DNA from: Octopus vulgaris
Lineage: Eukaryota
Reading direction: 5' to 3'
Length of the DNA: 64,000 nucleotides
Assembly (NCBI GenBank): GCA_951406725.2
Contig: OX597831.1
Span: 44,206,001 to 44,270,000, forward strand
The notes beneath the pieces are model-generated. The model searched no databases, was not told the DNA's origin, and saw only the letters and a program-made list of their open reading frames with translations. This document shows positions 13,493 through 26,596 of this stretch, piece after piece. The position numbers and the translations under genes are program-made. Position 1 is the stretch's first letter. Each line of letters starts with the position of its first letter.

Positions 13493-14090
13493 AGGCGGCG
13501 AGCTGGCAAAATCGTTAGCACAGCGGGCGAAATGCCGCTACGTACTGAGTACAAATTCCGCCGAGGTCGACTTTGACTTTCAACCTTTCGGGGTCGATTA
13601 AATAAGTACTAGTTGCGCACTAATAAGTACTAGTTGTGCACTTAATCCGTTTGTCTGTCCTTGTTTGTCCTCTCTGTGTTTATCTCCTTGTGGATAGTAA
13701 AGAAATATGTATTTCGCCTATCTCTACGTTCTGAGTTCAAATTCCGATGAGGTCGACTTTGCCTTTCATCCTTTCAGGATCGATAAATTAAGTACCAGTT
13801 ACGCACTGGGGTCGATGTAATCGACTTAACCCCTTTGTCTGTCCATGTTTGTCCCCTCTATGTCTAGCTCCTTGTGGGCAATAAAGAAATAAGAATCGTT
13901 AGTATGCCGGGCGAAATGCTTAGCGTATTTCGTCTGTCTTTACGTTCTGAGTTCAAATTCCACCGAGGTCGAACTGGCCTTTTATCCTTTCGGTGTCAAT
14001 AAATTAAGTACCAGTTGCGTACTGGGGTCGATCAAATCGACTGGACCCCTCCTCCAAAAGTTCAGACCTTGTGTCTAGACTAGAAAAAAT
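13493..14090 (+). mobile_element. Head-to-tail trimer of SINE family B
   Basis: Three consecutive GAGGTCGAC..CCTTTC..AAGTAC units. Approximate flanking duplication TAAGTTACTTATAC / TAAGTTATCTATAC. Confidence 0.8.
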
Positions 14091-14448
14091 TAAGTTATCT
14101 ATACTTCTACAATACACAAAGTATTTTAATTTTTTTTATACAATTCCTTATACTTAATTATAAGAATATGGCAGGATATTTTTTTAACACGGGGGCCTAA
14201 GAGAGCAGAATAGGAATCAAATGGGGTTCATAGGGAAAAATGGGTTGAGAATCACCGGTTTAGTCGGACAAATCGACCCCAGTTCTTCTGTGTGTCTCCT
14301 TTTTTTATGCATTGCTGAAATGTCAAATTACCGCGAAGTGGGACTGAGCCAAGAACTACATGGTTCGTAAGCAAGTTTCTTAAACACACACTCATGCCTG
14401 TGCTTATTCTTTATTTAGTACCATTTAGACTCGGATATGTATTTTATA

Positions 14449-14696
14449 CAGTAATCCCTTGACTATCGCGGTCGTTACGTTCCAGACATCCTTCCACCCG
14501 TGATAGGTGGAAATTCGCGAAGTAGAAACAGTACTGTATTGTAGTTTTTATTTTAGTATTTTTGTAATCTATATATATATTTATTGGATCATAAATGCAA
14601 AACAACACCAGGAAAGAATCGACGGAAGCTTAAATAATTAAACCGCGATAAGTGAACCACGATAGGTGAACAGCAATGTGATGAGAGGGATTACTG
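14449..14696. mobile_element. pogo/Tigger-type MITE
   Basis: TA|CAGTAATCCCT...AGGGATTACTG|TA: TIRs with a TA TSD. Confidence 0.8.
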
Positions 14697-14704
14697 TATG
14701 TATG

Positions 14705-14770
<66 letters not shown>

Positions 14771-14772
<2 letters not shown>

Positions 14773-15412
14773 ATATACAAAAAGGGTAAATTATAATTAA
14801 TTTAATAAATTTAATAAATTTCACCTAGTAGTTTTATCGGTATGGAAAAGACCATATTTGGTAAGGATTATATTAATTATAATAAAGGGTTAATTGCAAC
14901 AAGTTGCTCAAAACCACATACCGAAAATATTAGAAATGGCAGCCAAATAGGTCACCATTTCTCCTACTAGTAAAAAAGTCTCCACAAACAAACAGAATTT
15001 GCAACCCGTATATGGTAAAGAGAAAGAAAGTAACGAAATCCCAGCCTACTTGGATTGATTATAGACGAAATCGTTTCTGGATTAGAACCAGAGGTTCATT
15101 TCCTTGTCAATATGATATTTCCTATAAATCTAGAAATGCTAGGGAAAAAAACTCACCCACTACACCGGCTCGATCAGGCGACATCGAACGATCTAATGGT
15201 CTGCCAGCATCTCTATCTTTATATAGACAGGCGAATTCGTATCTCCCTCCAAAATTACCACGTGAGTTGCAAAAACATTATCAACGAAACGAAGTTTCGC
15301 AGATTTATTGTATGGGAGTAATAGCGTACAATATACAAAAAGGGTGAAATATAATTAATTTAATAAAATTAATAAATTTCACCTAGTAGTTTTATCGGTA
15401 TGGAAAAGACCA
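14771..15412. repeat. Element with ~85-bp terminal direct repeats (pLTR-like partial tandem) in (TA)n
   Basis: CAATATACAAAAAGGGT...GGTATGGAAAAGACCATAT at both 14770-14857 and 15328-15414. Confidence 0.85.
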
Positions 15413-15415
15413 TAT

Positions 15416-15446
<31 letters not shown>

Positions 15447-15608
15447 GGCGCAGGATTGGCAGTGAGGTAAGTAGCTTACCTACCAACCACACGGTTCCGG
15501 ATTCAGTCACACTGCGTGGCACCTTCGGTAAGTGTCTTCTACTATAGCCTCGAGCCAACCAAAGCATTGTGAGTGGATTTGGTAGACGGAAACTGAAAGA
15601 AGCCCGTC

Positions 15609-15666
<58 letters not shown>

Positions 15667-15930
15667 ATGTATGTATGTATGTATGTATGTATGTATGTAT
15701 GTATGTATGTATGTATGTATTTATGTATGTATGTGTATATGTTTGTGCGTCTGTCCCCCATCACTTGACAACCGATGGTGGTGTGTTTACGTCCCCGTAA
15801 CTTAGCGGTTCAGCAAAAGAGACCGATAGAATAAGTGCTAAGCTTACAAAGAATAAGTCATGGGGTCGATTTGTTCGACTAAAGGCGGTGCTCCAGCATG
15901 GCTGCAGTCAAATGACTGAAACAAATAAAA

Positions 15931-15932
<2 letters not shown>
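15447..15932 (+). mobile_element. SINE family A
   Basis: Homology to 1288-1690; flanked by (TA)n. Confidence 0.87.
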
Positions 15933-16017
<85 letters not shown>

Positions 16018-16171
16018 CATATATATATATATATGTATAACAAAGTGGAGTTGTAAGGTACCGCACGAGTGGAATTATACATGAAAGAAGGTTTGAAAAG
16101 GCAATTTTAAAAGATGTTTATTTTCTTTACCGGTTTCCCTTTTTAGAAAAAGAATGTCAAAAATAACATGT

Positions 16172-16480
16172 AAAAGCTTGGTTGTGTTAGTAATTGGTTG
16201 TCACAAAATACTACATTACATATATACATTCTTTGATAACAAGAACATGTTAAGAACAGTTTACAAGTGAAAATCTTGGGAAAATATAAAAAAGTTTAAC
16301 AAGTTCATCAAAATATTGGGCATAAAAGCTTGGTTGTGCCAGGTACTGGTTGTCACAAAATATTACAATATACATATACATTCCTTGATGTTAAGAACAG
16401 CTTACAATGGAAAATCTTGGGAAAATATAAAAAGGTTTAACAAGTTCATTAAAATATTGGGCACAAAAGATTACAACATA
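16172..16480. repeat. ~150-bp tandem duplication
   Basis: AAAGCTTGGTTGTG...AACAAGTTCAT.AAAATATTGGGCA occurs twice. Confidence 0.85.
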
Positions 16481-17103
16481 TATATACATTCTCAAGAAAA
16501 TGTTAAGGTTCAGTGGAATATTGGAATATTGGTATTGTATCTGTATATATATCACACACAGAATATTATAAGTTCAAAAAAGTTTACAGCTTAAACTGAC
16601 CTGGTTCACCATGTTATCGTAAAAGACTATTTTTAATTTCAAGGGACGGTGTAGGTGTGTTTGGGTGGGGGGAAGGAAGAGTAATGTGGAACTGAAAAGA
16701 AGTGTTTTTGTCTCTCCTTCAAGCATCAATGATTTGGAGGATTGGTCTTTAGAGGTCAGAATGGTGCGAGTGTGTGTGTATACACATATACATGTGTTTG
16801 TGTTTGTGTGTGTGGGCCGTTTTTGATTGGTCCCAGAGTTTATTATGCTCTAAATAGATGTGTCTGTGTGTGTTTGTAAAATTTGGTAGGATGGTGTGTG
16901 TATATGTGTGCCCGTTTGTCAACCGTGTGTGTGATTGTCTTGGTGTTGTGTATGTGTGTGTATGTGTGAGCATGATTGGTATTTGTCATGGTGCTGTGTC
17001 TGCGCGTGTATGTGTATATATACGTCTGAATGGAGGTCAGAATGGTGTGAGTGTGTGTGTCTGTGTGTGTATATATATACATGTGTTTGTGTGTGTATAT
17101 ATG

Positions 17104-17175
<72 letters not shown>

Positions 17176-17176
17176 T

Positions 17177-17457
17177 GGAGGCACATGGCCCAGTGGTTAG
17201 GACAGCGGACTCACGGTCGTAGGATCGCGGTTTCGATTCCCAGACTGGGCGTCGTGAGTGTTTATTGAGCGAAAACACCTAAAGCTCCACGACGCTCCGG
17301 CAGTACTCTTTCGCCACAACTTTCACTCTTCCTTCTGTTGGCCTACCCGCATAGCCAGCGGGGTGGCGTCATTTGAAGGCTAAAACAATGCGAAGCGCAT
17401 TGTGACCAGCGATGTGTAGCAACATCTGATAACCTGGTTGGTCACGGTCACGGTGAT
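17177..17457 (+). mobile_element. tRNA-derived SINE family C
   Basis: TGGCCCAGTGGTTAGG (A box) and GGTTTCGATTCCC (B box). Related copies on minus at ~25855-26150, 27090-27445, 49436-49700 and 50860-50980. Confidence 0.82.
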
Positions 17458-17644
17458 GTATATATATATATATATAGAGAGAGAGAGTTGAGTACAGAAA
17501 TTCGGGGTGAGTACTTGATATTTGTAAGCACCTGTATATACCGTTTGGTGGTGTAGGTGGTGGAGTAAATTGATCAAAATAAAAACATGATGGAGTAAAT
17601 TGATCAAAATAAAAACTCCTTGGCATCATGTTTTTATTTTGATC

Positions 17645-17704
<60 letters not shown>

Positions 17705-17767
17705 TTTTATTTGTTTCAGTCATTTGACTGCAGCCATGCTGGAGACCGCCTTTAGTCGAACAAATAT

Positions 17768-17808
<41 letters not shown>

Positions 17809-18199
17809 TTACATATATATAAAACAAAAAGAGGCCTGTTCAAATGTTCTACAGCACATTTCGTCTGTCTTCATGTTCAGAGTTCAAATACCACCGAGAT
17901 CGACTTCGCCTTTCATCCTTTCGGAAATCGATGAAATAAGTATCAGTTAAACACTGGGGTCAATGCAATCAATTTACTTTCTCCCCCGAAATTACTGGCC
18001 TTGTGCCAAAATTTGAAATCAGTATTTATTTCCTCCAAAGGCGTCGGCTGGCAGGACCGTTACCGCGCCGAGTAAAATGCTTTGCAGGATTTCATTCTGA
18101 GTTCCGGGTTCGATAAAATATGTATCAGCCAAGCACTGGGGTCGATGTAATCGAGTAACGCCCACTCCCAAAACACTTTAGGCCCATGCCTATTCCTTT

Positions 18200-18389
18200 A
18201 TTCTTTTATTTTTTTTTACTTGTTTCAGACTGTGACCACGCTAGAGCACCGCCTTTAGTCGAACAAATCGAGCCCAGGACTTATTCTTTGTAAACGTAGT
18301 ACTTATTCTATCGGTGTCTTTTGCCGTAAGCACGCCAGAATCGGTTGTCAAGCGATGTTGGGTGGACAAACACAGACACACAAACATAT

Positions 18390-18442
<53 letters not shown>

Positions 18443-18608
18443 TACGACGGGATTCTTTCAGTTTCCATACACCAAATCCACTCACAAGGCTTTGGTCGGC
18501 CTGAGGCTATAGTAGAAGACACTTTCTCAAGGTGCCACGCAGTGAGACTGAACCCGGAAACATGTGGTTGGTAAACAAGCTACTTACCACACAGCCACTC
18601 CTACGCCT
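18200..18608 (-). mobile_element. SINE family A
   Basis: Homology to 1288-1690. Confidence 0.85.
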
Positions 18609-18610
18609 AC

Positions 18611-18678
<68 letters not shown>

Positions 18679-19033
18679 TTGTGTGTGTGTGTGTGTGTGC
18701 GTGTGTTAAGCAAAATATGAGTTAGAGGTTATTCAACCACCTAAGGGATAAACGCATCCGTAGGCTCTACTGGTGTATTACCTCACTGTGTATAGTCCTA
18801 GCTATAAGGTATACAGTAGTTGGCAATTTAAAGGTAAATCTATGGTTAAATATATATAAAAAAGAAAAGAAATAGAGCAGTAATTAACAATGGGAAGTTA
18901 ATCATTGGTATTAAAAAGTCATAGTTTAATTGTAGTTCAGAACCATTTACAACTGTTTCTGTTTAATCAAATCGAAATATATTTGCCTGACGATGTTTGT
19001 TAAACTAAACGAGGTAAATGCAAATATACCTCG

Positions 19034-19098
<65 letters not shown>

Positions 19099-19558
19099 TA
19101 TATATATATACAGTAGAAATATGTTACGAAAAGAAAATATAAAATAGACGTGGAAATGTAAGGGTAAAATATGAAAAGTCAACGAAAATGCACATTGCAA
19201 ATAAAAAAAAGGCTATTTATGACAGGTAAAGGCAAATATATACATTTAGATTGACTGAGGTAGTAATACGAGTCATAAAAGTCATTATTATGAGATGATT
19301 ATAAGATGATAATAAAATAAGAGAACAAAACGGACCATGGTTTACGCTAAGCTATTCATCGTTTGAACAACACCGGTTATATATATATATAAATATAAAA
19401 ATTTATATATAAAGAACGTGAAATACACGAAGGGACGAACACGGAAAACAGACAAGTCATTCGAAGCCTTCAATCTTCAGTCAGAAACCGAATCATCATG
19501 GCAAATTTCGGCTATACATATATACAAATGTACATATGTATATATATATATATACACT

Positions 19559-19640
<82 letters not shown>

Positions 19641-19700
19641 TATGTGTGTATTGTGTATAATGCATATGTGTATATATGTATATATATATATATATACACT

Positions 19701-19774
<74 letters not shown>

Positions 19775-20198
19775 ACGAGCTTCTTTCAGTTCCATCTACC
19801 AAATCCAGTCACAAGGCTTCGGTCTGCCCAAGACTATAGTAGAAGACACTTGCCCAAGGTACCACGCAGGAGGACAGAACCCGGAACCATGTGGCTGGGG
19901 AAGCAAGCTTCTTACCACACAGCCACTCCTGCTCCTATGGTAGAAGGGAAGATTTATTTCTAGCGTAGACACAGGACCATATGTGTGAGAGGTTCCAACC
20001 ACAGTATTTTACTAGCCCTTTATTTCATCGACCCAGTAAAGGAAGAGTCGACTAAAAAGAAGCTAAATTTTACCCTGACAGTATTGGAAATGGGACCATA
20101 AAGGTCTAGAACACCACACGGTATTTTATTCCACCTCTCTGTACAACGATTTCGCCAATATATACATACATACATACATACATACATACATACATACA

Positions 20199-20230
<32 letters not shown>

Positions 20231-20493
20231 CAATCTCCTAACCTTTGTTCTGTTCTTTTATCCTTGACATGTTTCAGTTGTTAGACAATGACCATACTGG
20301 AGCACCGCTTTGAGGAGGTTTTTTTTTCTAGCCGAAAAGATCGTCTCCAGGACTTTTTTTTTTTTTTTTTTTCAAATTTAGTACATATTTTATCGGTTAC
20401 TTCCCGAAACCGCTTACTGGGACGTACACAAACCAACACTGGTTGTCATGCAGTATAGGGGATGACAAACACACCCACACATTAATATATATA

Positions 20494-20527
<34 letters not shown>

Positions 20528-20543
20528 GATATATATATGTATG

Positions 20544-20592
<49 letters not shown>

Positions 20593-20622
20593 CACCTTGT
20601 TTCACATTTATGTGTTTACTCC

Positions 20623-20677
<55 letters not shown>

Positions 20678-20682
<5 letters not shown>

Positions 20683-21345
20683 TAATAAAGGGTTAAAAGC
20701 AACAACTTGCTCAAAACCACATACCGAAAATATTAGAAATAGCAGCCAAAATTGGTCAGTATTTCCTCTACTAGTAAAAAGTCTCCACAAACAAACAGAA
20801 TTTGTAAGCTGTATATGGCAAAAAAAGGCAGAAAATAACGAAAACCCAGCCTCTGGATTAATTATAGACGACTCGTTTCTGGATTAGAACCGAAGGTTCA
20901 TTTCCTTGTCAATATAATATTTCCTATAGATCTAGAAATCCTAGGGGAAAAAACTTACCCGTTACACCAGTACGATCTGCAACATGTCGGCATAGATGTA
21001 CGAATGCTAGCAGTTCCGTTGAGCCGTCCGATGTTGCAGATCGTACTGGTGTAACGGGTAAGTTTTTTCCCTAGCATTTCTAGATCTATAGAAATATTAT
21101 ATTGACAAGGAAATGAACCTTCGATTCTAATCCAGAAACGAGTCGTCTATAATTAATCCAGAGGCTGGGTTTTCGTTATTTTCTGCCTTTTTTTGCCATA
21201 TACAGCTTACAAATTCTGTTTGTTTGTGGAGACTTTTTACTAGTAGAGGAAATACTGACCAATTTTGGCTGCTATTTCTAATATTTTCGGTATGTGGTTT
21301 TGAGCAACTTGTTGCTTTTAACCCTTTTAACCCTTTATTATAATT
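20678..21345. repeat. Long near-perfect inverted repeat (~310-bp arms, ~40-bp spacer)
   Basis: 20678-20985 is the reverse complement of ~21030-21345. Same family as 14771-15412. Confidence 0.92.
21096..21153 (+). ncRNA. Hammerhead-like motif with U3-A8 core (mirror copy 20861-20918 -, third copy ~15057-15115 -)
   Basis: AUUAUA-UUGACAA-GGA...UCC(A)-GAAA-CGAGUC-GUC-UAUAAU. Perfect 6-bp stem I; one extra A before GAAA. Confidence 0.55.
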
Positions 21346-21539
21346 ATTATAACCCTTACCAAATATGGTCTTTTCCATACCGACAAATCTACTAGGTGAA
21401 ATTGATTAATTTTATTAAATTAATTATATTCCACCCTTTATTGTATATATATATATATATATATATATACCGGAGTAAACACATAAATGTGAAACAAGGT
21501 GGAAAAAAGAGTACTCAAATACCAGGGGTAGAGTAATAT

Positions 21540-21707
21540 GCTTTATTTAAAAGCAGCAGAAAATACAACAAAACCTGTTACTCTGTGTTTTCACGTTCCC
21601 GTTCGTCGGACAGTTTTTGCTAGATTCTAGCAAAAACTGTCCGACGAACGGGAACGTGGAACTCAGATTAACAGGTTTTGTTGAATTTTCTGCTGCTTTT
21701 AAATAAA

Positions 21708-21708
<1 letters not shown>
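21540..21708. repeat. Palindromic end of a (TA)n-embedded repeat family (also 1690-1876 and 20590-20626)
   Basis: Arms meet at CTAGATTCTAG (21620-21630). The same symmetry centre occurs at ~1840-1850. Confidence 0.85.
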
Positions 21709-21765
<57 letters not shown>

Positions 21766-22597
21766 GTATGTATATACGTCCGGCTTCCACAGTTTCCGTC
21801 TACTCACAAGGCATTGTGAGTAAAGAAGGAACCCTGACCCTAACCCTAACCGCGAGTAAACGAGAAAGTCGTGGGTGAACGAAGGAGCTATGATCTAATT
21901 TTTTTTTAAAAAGTAAATAATAAAAAAGAAGCTTGAGAACAATGAAGGATCCAGAAGCAACAGAAGGAAGCACAATCTAGTGGAGGATCCATGAATAATG
22001 GAAAAAGCCAAAGACGCTGGTGGTCAATGTAGGAACTTCGGGCAAACGAAAAAGTCACGAGACAAGTAGAGCCACGTATGAACGAAGGAACATATGTGAA
22101 GGAGTCACAATATAACGAAGGAGACTCGAACTAGTGAAGCCAACGTGTCTGTATCAGTGGCCTAGTCGATAAGAACGTTACTATTCTTAACTTAGAAATA
22201 AAGCTTCTTAGTCGAATCCAGTCTTGCATTTAGAAACTAATAGGGGGGGGGGGCAGATTTACTTCTATAAAAGTAGCAAGCTGGTAGAATCGTTAGCCTG
22301 CCGAGCGAAATGCTTAGCGGCATCTCGTCCGTCTTTACGTTGTAATTTCAAATCTTGACAAAGTCGACGGTGCCTTTTATCTTTTCGGTGTCGAAAAAAT
22401 AAATACCAGTTGATCATTGGGGGCCCATGTAATCGATTTCCCCCACCCCCACCCCGTACCCTGAAATCGTTGGTCTTGTGCCAAAATTTGAAACCAATGT
22501 TTAATTCCATAACACTGTGTTTCCATAGATTTAATCCCAAATTATCATCTGATGTCTCCAATCAGAATCTTAGTCCCACGACAGAACCATAGACAAA

Positions 22598-22866
22598 GTA
22601 AGGTAAAAGGTAAAGACCCCCTTCGGTCATGAATGACCATGGGATTGCACCTAGAAAGTTACCCTCCTAGACACAAGTCCGGGCAAGGTTGTTTATGGAA
22701 GGCCAGCAGTCGCCCATGCATACCAGCCTCCCCTCTCCACGCCACCAGTGTTATCCAAGGGAAAGACAAAGGTCGATACAGCTTGGCACCAGTGACGTCG
22801 CAACTCATTTCTACAGCTGAGTGAACTGGAGCAACGTGAAATAAAGTGCCTTGCTCGAGAACACAA
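22598..22866 (-). mobile_element. SINE family D (5'-truncated)
   Basis: Homology to 24945-25205. Confidence 0.8.
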
Positions 22867-24289
22867 CTGATATTATGTACAAATTCAAAAATAAGATCCA
22901 AGATGACAATTAGAAATTTAACGTACTCAAACACAATGTTAAGGAAATAAATATTTTTTTAAATACTTATTCATTAGAATGAATACGAAATATCGGGTTT
23001 CAAATTTTGGTACAATGCCAGCAAAGTCGACCTTGGCGGATTTTGAACACAGAAGATAAAGACGGACGAAATGCAGGTAAGTATTTTGCCTGGTGTGCTA
23101 ACATTTCTGTCAACTCGCCACCTTAATGAATACGAAATATAACCATTCTAACAACAATTCGTTTCTGATTGTCTTGAAGAATAAGAATGTCTGTAATATA
23201 TGAACATCATCAAATTCTTTGTTCAACATCTCTAAGAAGATATATGGTTTGCAACACACACCCGCCAGTATATAATGCTTTTATTTGTAGCTTTTCATCT
23301 TCTCTAGTCCATAGGTTGGGCTTTGATAGTTGAACTGAATCTGGTTGGCAATATGTGGAAAATAAACTACTTTCATTTCTTCTCTTTGGAGCCTTATTCA
23401 GAATTAAACCCGTTTTCTGACTGCTGCATACCGAATCTACTTCAAGTAGCGATTGTATTTATATATCTGCCCCCACTGATGAAAGAACTGCAGGTGTACT
23501 TGGCGCTCATAAAACCATAGTTCGGAATTAGATTCACATTCAAATTTTATTTAGGATATTTAGGATATTTTTGACTACATATCGCAGGATGAAAAACAGA
23601 TTTAGAGGCAGAGGACAATATATTGATTCCATTTCTTAATTCCATACATGCGCACATTTCTTTATTGGTCCTCTACAATCAAGATATGGTTAACCTAAGA
23701 GTATATTTCTTTTAAGACAGTAGGGTGTGATTTGAAGAAAACCCAAGCTACATTTGTAGCCGTGTGAAACAACTGTATATACTTACAAAATGGCGACTCG
23801 ACAAGTTCTGTGTCCCTAGATGAATAGACATTAATTTCACTTTGACGTATATTAATTGCTCATTACTACGCATTAATTATTTCTTGTTATACATTAACTT
23901 TCCCAAAGCAAACATTAACATTTTTAAAGCATAAATTAACCTTCCCTTGACATAGCGATTAACCAATCAGGACATGTAATAAACCAATGTGTAGAATCAC
24001 CTCTGCTACCTCGACACGTTTCATTCCTACAAAGCTATTCCTTCTATAATATAGAAGCTAGGTAACTCGATTTAGTGTCTTAAACGATAACAATATGCGC
24101 AGGCATGGATGTGATGTTTAAAAAGTTCGCAACATCCTGGTTTCGGGTTCGTTCCTGCGACTAGATACCTTAGAGAGGTGGCTTCGACTGTACATTTCAC
24201 TTAGTGGTTCGTCAACCAAATCGATAATATAAATCTCTTCCGATATACATTTTCGCCACCCAATTCTTAAGGAGGGTCGTAAGAATAGA

Positions 24290-24720
24290 GTCTTCAGGTA
24301 CCTTATCCATAGGGTCTAATCAGAAGCAACCGTTCTTACACTTTCCGGCTGGATTCCCAAGCGCGACCAAATGAGACTAAGGACATTACTTAACCATCTC
24401 GGTCGTGGTTTATCCCTAGGTTTCCTGCCAGTTGGCTCGGCTTGAAGAATCTGTATTATGATTCTTTTCTGCGACATTCTAATCACATGGCCGTAGTACA
24501 GGAACTATACCCACTCATTGCGTAGAAGTAGCATCTCGATCTAGAGAGGCTCCCTGATCGCCCTGAACTACGTACCCCGTCGAATAACGTTACTCCGGCA
24601 ATCTTTAGGCAGAACCCCATTTCGACTGATTGTATTTACGAACCTACATTTTCGGCCATTACTCAATATTCACGACCATAACTGAGGTCAGGCGCGTAAA
24701 CTGAATTGAAGATAACAAGT
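24290..24720 (-). mobile_element. Decayed RTE-clade LINE C-terminal fragment
   Basis: The minus strand near 24385-24500 translates YYGHVIRMSQKRIIIQILQAEPTGRKPRDKPRPRWL, the typical RTE GHV.RM...G.RPRGRPR.RW ending. Boundaries are approximate. Confidence 0.7.
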
Positions 24721-24944
24721 TTGGGTGTTTTTACTAACCTTTCCTCTTCGGAACATCAAATATAAATGCAAAACTAAAACAAGAAATATATTTAAAGGGG
24801 TAAAGACTCCCTTCGGTCAAGAAGACCATGGGATTGCACCTCGAAAGTTCTCCTCCGAAGCACAAGTCTGGTCAAGGTTACTTAGAAAGGCCAGCAGTCA
24901 CCCATGCATACCATCCTCCTTTCTCCATATCATTATATGTACAT

Positions 24945-25285
24945 AGGGTAAAGGGTGAACAACCCCATCGGTAAAGAATGGGATTGCACCTAGAATGTTC
25001 CCCTCCGGGGCACAAGTCTGGGCAAAGTTGCTTAAGAAGGCCAGCAGTCGCCAATGCATACCGGCCCCCCTCTCCACGCCACCGATGTTGTCCAAGGAAA
25101 AGGCAAAGGCCGATACAGCTTGGCACCAGTGATGTCTCAATTTATTTTTAGAGCTGAGTGAACTGGAGCAATGTGAAATAGAGTGTCTTGCTCAAGAACA
25201 CAACACACAGCCCGGTCCGGGAGTCGAACACATTGCCACATAACTGCGAGCCCGGCGACCTAACTACTGAGCCATGCGCCTTCAC
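24945..25285 (-). mobile_element. tRNA-derived SINE family D with CORE-like central domain and (TTTACC)n-type tail
   Basis: Minus strand reads tRNA head, then GTGTTCTTGAGCAAGACACT..GCTCCAGTTCACTCAGCT..., then tail. Copies at 22598-22866, 24795-24920, 25655-25850, 33110-33270 (+) and 36515-36670 (+). Confidence 0.8.
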
Positions 25286-26158
25286 AGAGATTTATTACAA
25301 ATACAAATAATTTCTTTGAAACGGCCTGTTGGTTTGCTTACGTCTCTGCAACTTAGCAGTTTCGGTAAAGAAGGCCGCCTGAATAACTAACTTCCATCTT
25401 TTACTTGTCTTCGATCATTAGACTACGGCCATACTGGGACAACGCCTTCAATTATTTTGGTCGAATGAATCGACGCCAATATTTAATTTTTAAGCCTGAT
25501 AATTATTCTATCGTTCTCTTTTGCTGAACCGCTAATGTACGGAGACATGAAAACACCAACACTGGTTGTCAAGCGGTGGTAGGGGATAAAGACAGATACA
25601 AACACACACACATATATACATATATACATACATATATATATATATAGATATTGTTGTGACCCCGCTTCGGTCATGAATTACCATGAGATTGCACCTAGAA
25701 ATTTTCCCTCCGAGGCACTGGGCAAGGTTGTTTATGGAAGACCAGCAGTCGCTCACGCATACCAGCCTCCCCTCTCCACGCCACCGATGTTATCCAAGGG
25801 AAAGGCAAAGGCCGATACAGCTTGGCACCAGTGATATCGCAGCTCATTTATTAACGTGCAAGTGGCTGAGCACTCCACAGACACGTGTACCCTTAACGTA
25901 GTTCTCGGGGAGATTCAGCGTGACACAGAGTGTGACAAGGCTGGCCCTTTTGAAATACAGATACAACAGAAACAGGAAGAAAGAGTGAGAGAAAGTTGTG
26001 GTGAAAAAGTACAGCAGAGTTCACCACCACCCCCTGCCGGAGCCTCGTTGAGCATTAGGTGTTTTCGCTCAATAAACACTCACAATGCCCGGTCTGGGAA
26101 TCGAAACCGCGATCCTACGACCGCAAGTCCGCTGCCGTTGCGCCTCCGCATACATACA

Positions 26159-26266
<108 letters not shown>

Positions 26267-26367
26267 TTATAAATGAGGGTGAAAAATCGATATTAATTTA
26301 ATAATACCGTCAATTTAACACCAAGTGGCTTAGCACAAAAAACTACGGAGGAAATACAAATTTATAC

Positions 26368-26498
26368 ATAAATTATTAGAGAGTTATCCACTATGTGGAT
26401 AACTCTAGTGCTAAAAATAGCTCCGAAGCAACCACAGAAGTTGCTTCGGAGCTATTTTTAGCACTAGAGTTATCCACATAGTGGATAACTCTCTAATA

Positions 26499-26504
<6 letters not shown>
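26368..26504. repeat. Perfect hairpin, ~65-bp arms, inside a (TA)n-embedded insert
   Basis: ATAAATTATTAGAGAG...GAAGCAAC cacagaa GTTGCTTC...CTCTCTAATAATTTAT. Confidence 0.9.

Positions 26505-26596
<92 letters not shown>

Larger units (their letters stand above)
13047..14257. mobile_element. hAT-type MITE carrying nested insertions
   Basis: TIRs CGGTGACTCTCAACC / GGTTGAGAATCACCG and 8-bp TSD GTTTAGAC / GTTTAGTC. It interrupts an old family A SINE. Confidence 0.78.

Noticed and set aside
16172-16480. Repeat-spacer or CRISPR-like array
   Set aside because: Simple two-unit tandem duplication in eukaryotic DNA; no spacers or cas genes.
17177-17255. tRNA genes at SINE heads (also 1288, 2895-2962, 27370-27445, 33110)
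   Set aside because: They have A/B boxes but no complete acceptor stem, and they continue into repeat bodies.
21831-21851. (CCCTAA)n telomere-like repeat
   Set aside because: Only about three imperfect units; not evidence of a telomere or fusion.
23280-23830. Possible host exon or promoter (acceptor-like TTCTCTAG, AAAATGGCG motif at ~23788)
   Set aside because: Short frames with stops and no recognisable protein; motifs of this size are expected by chance.
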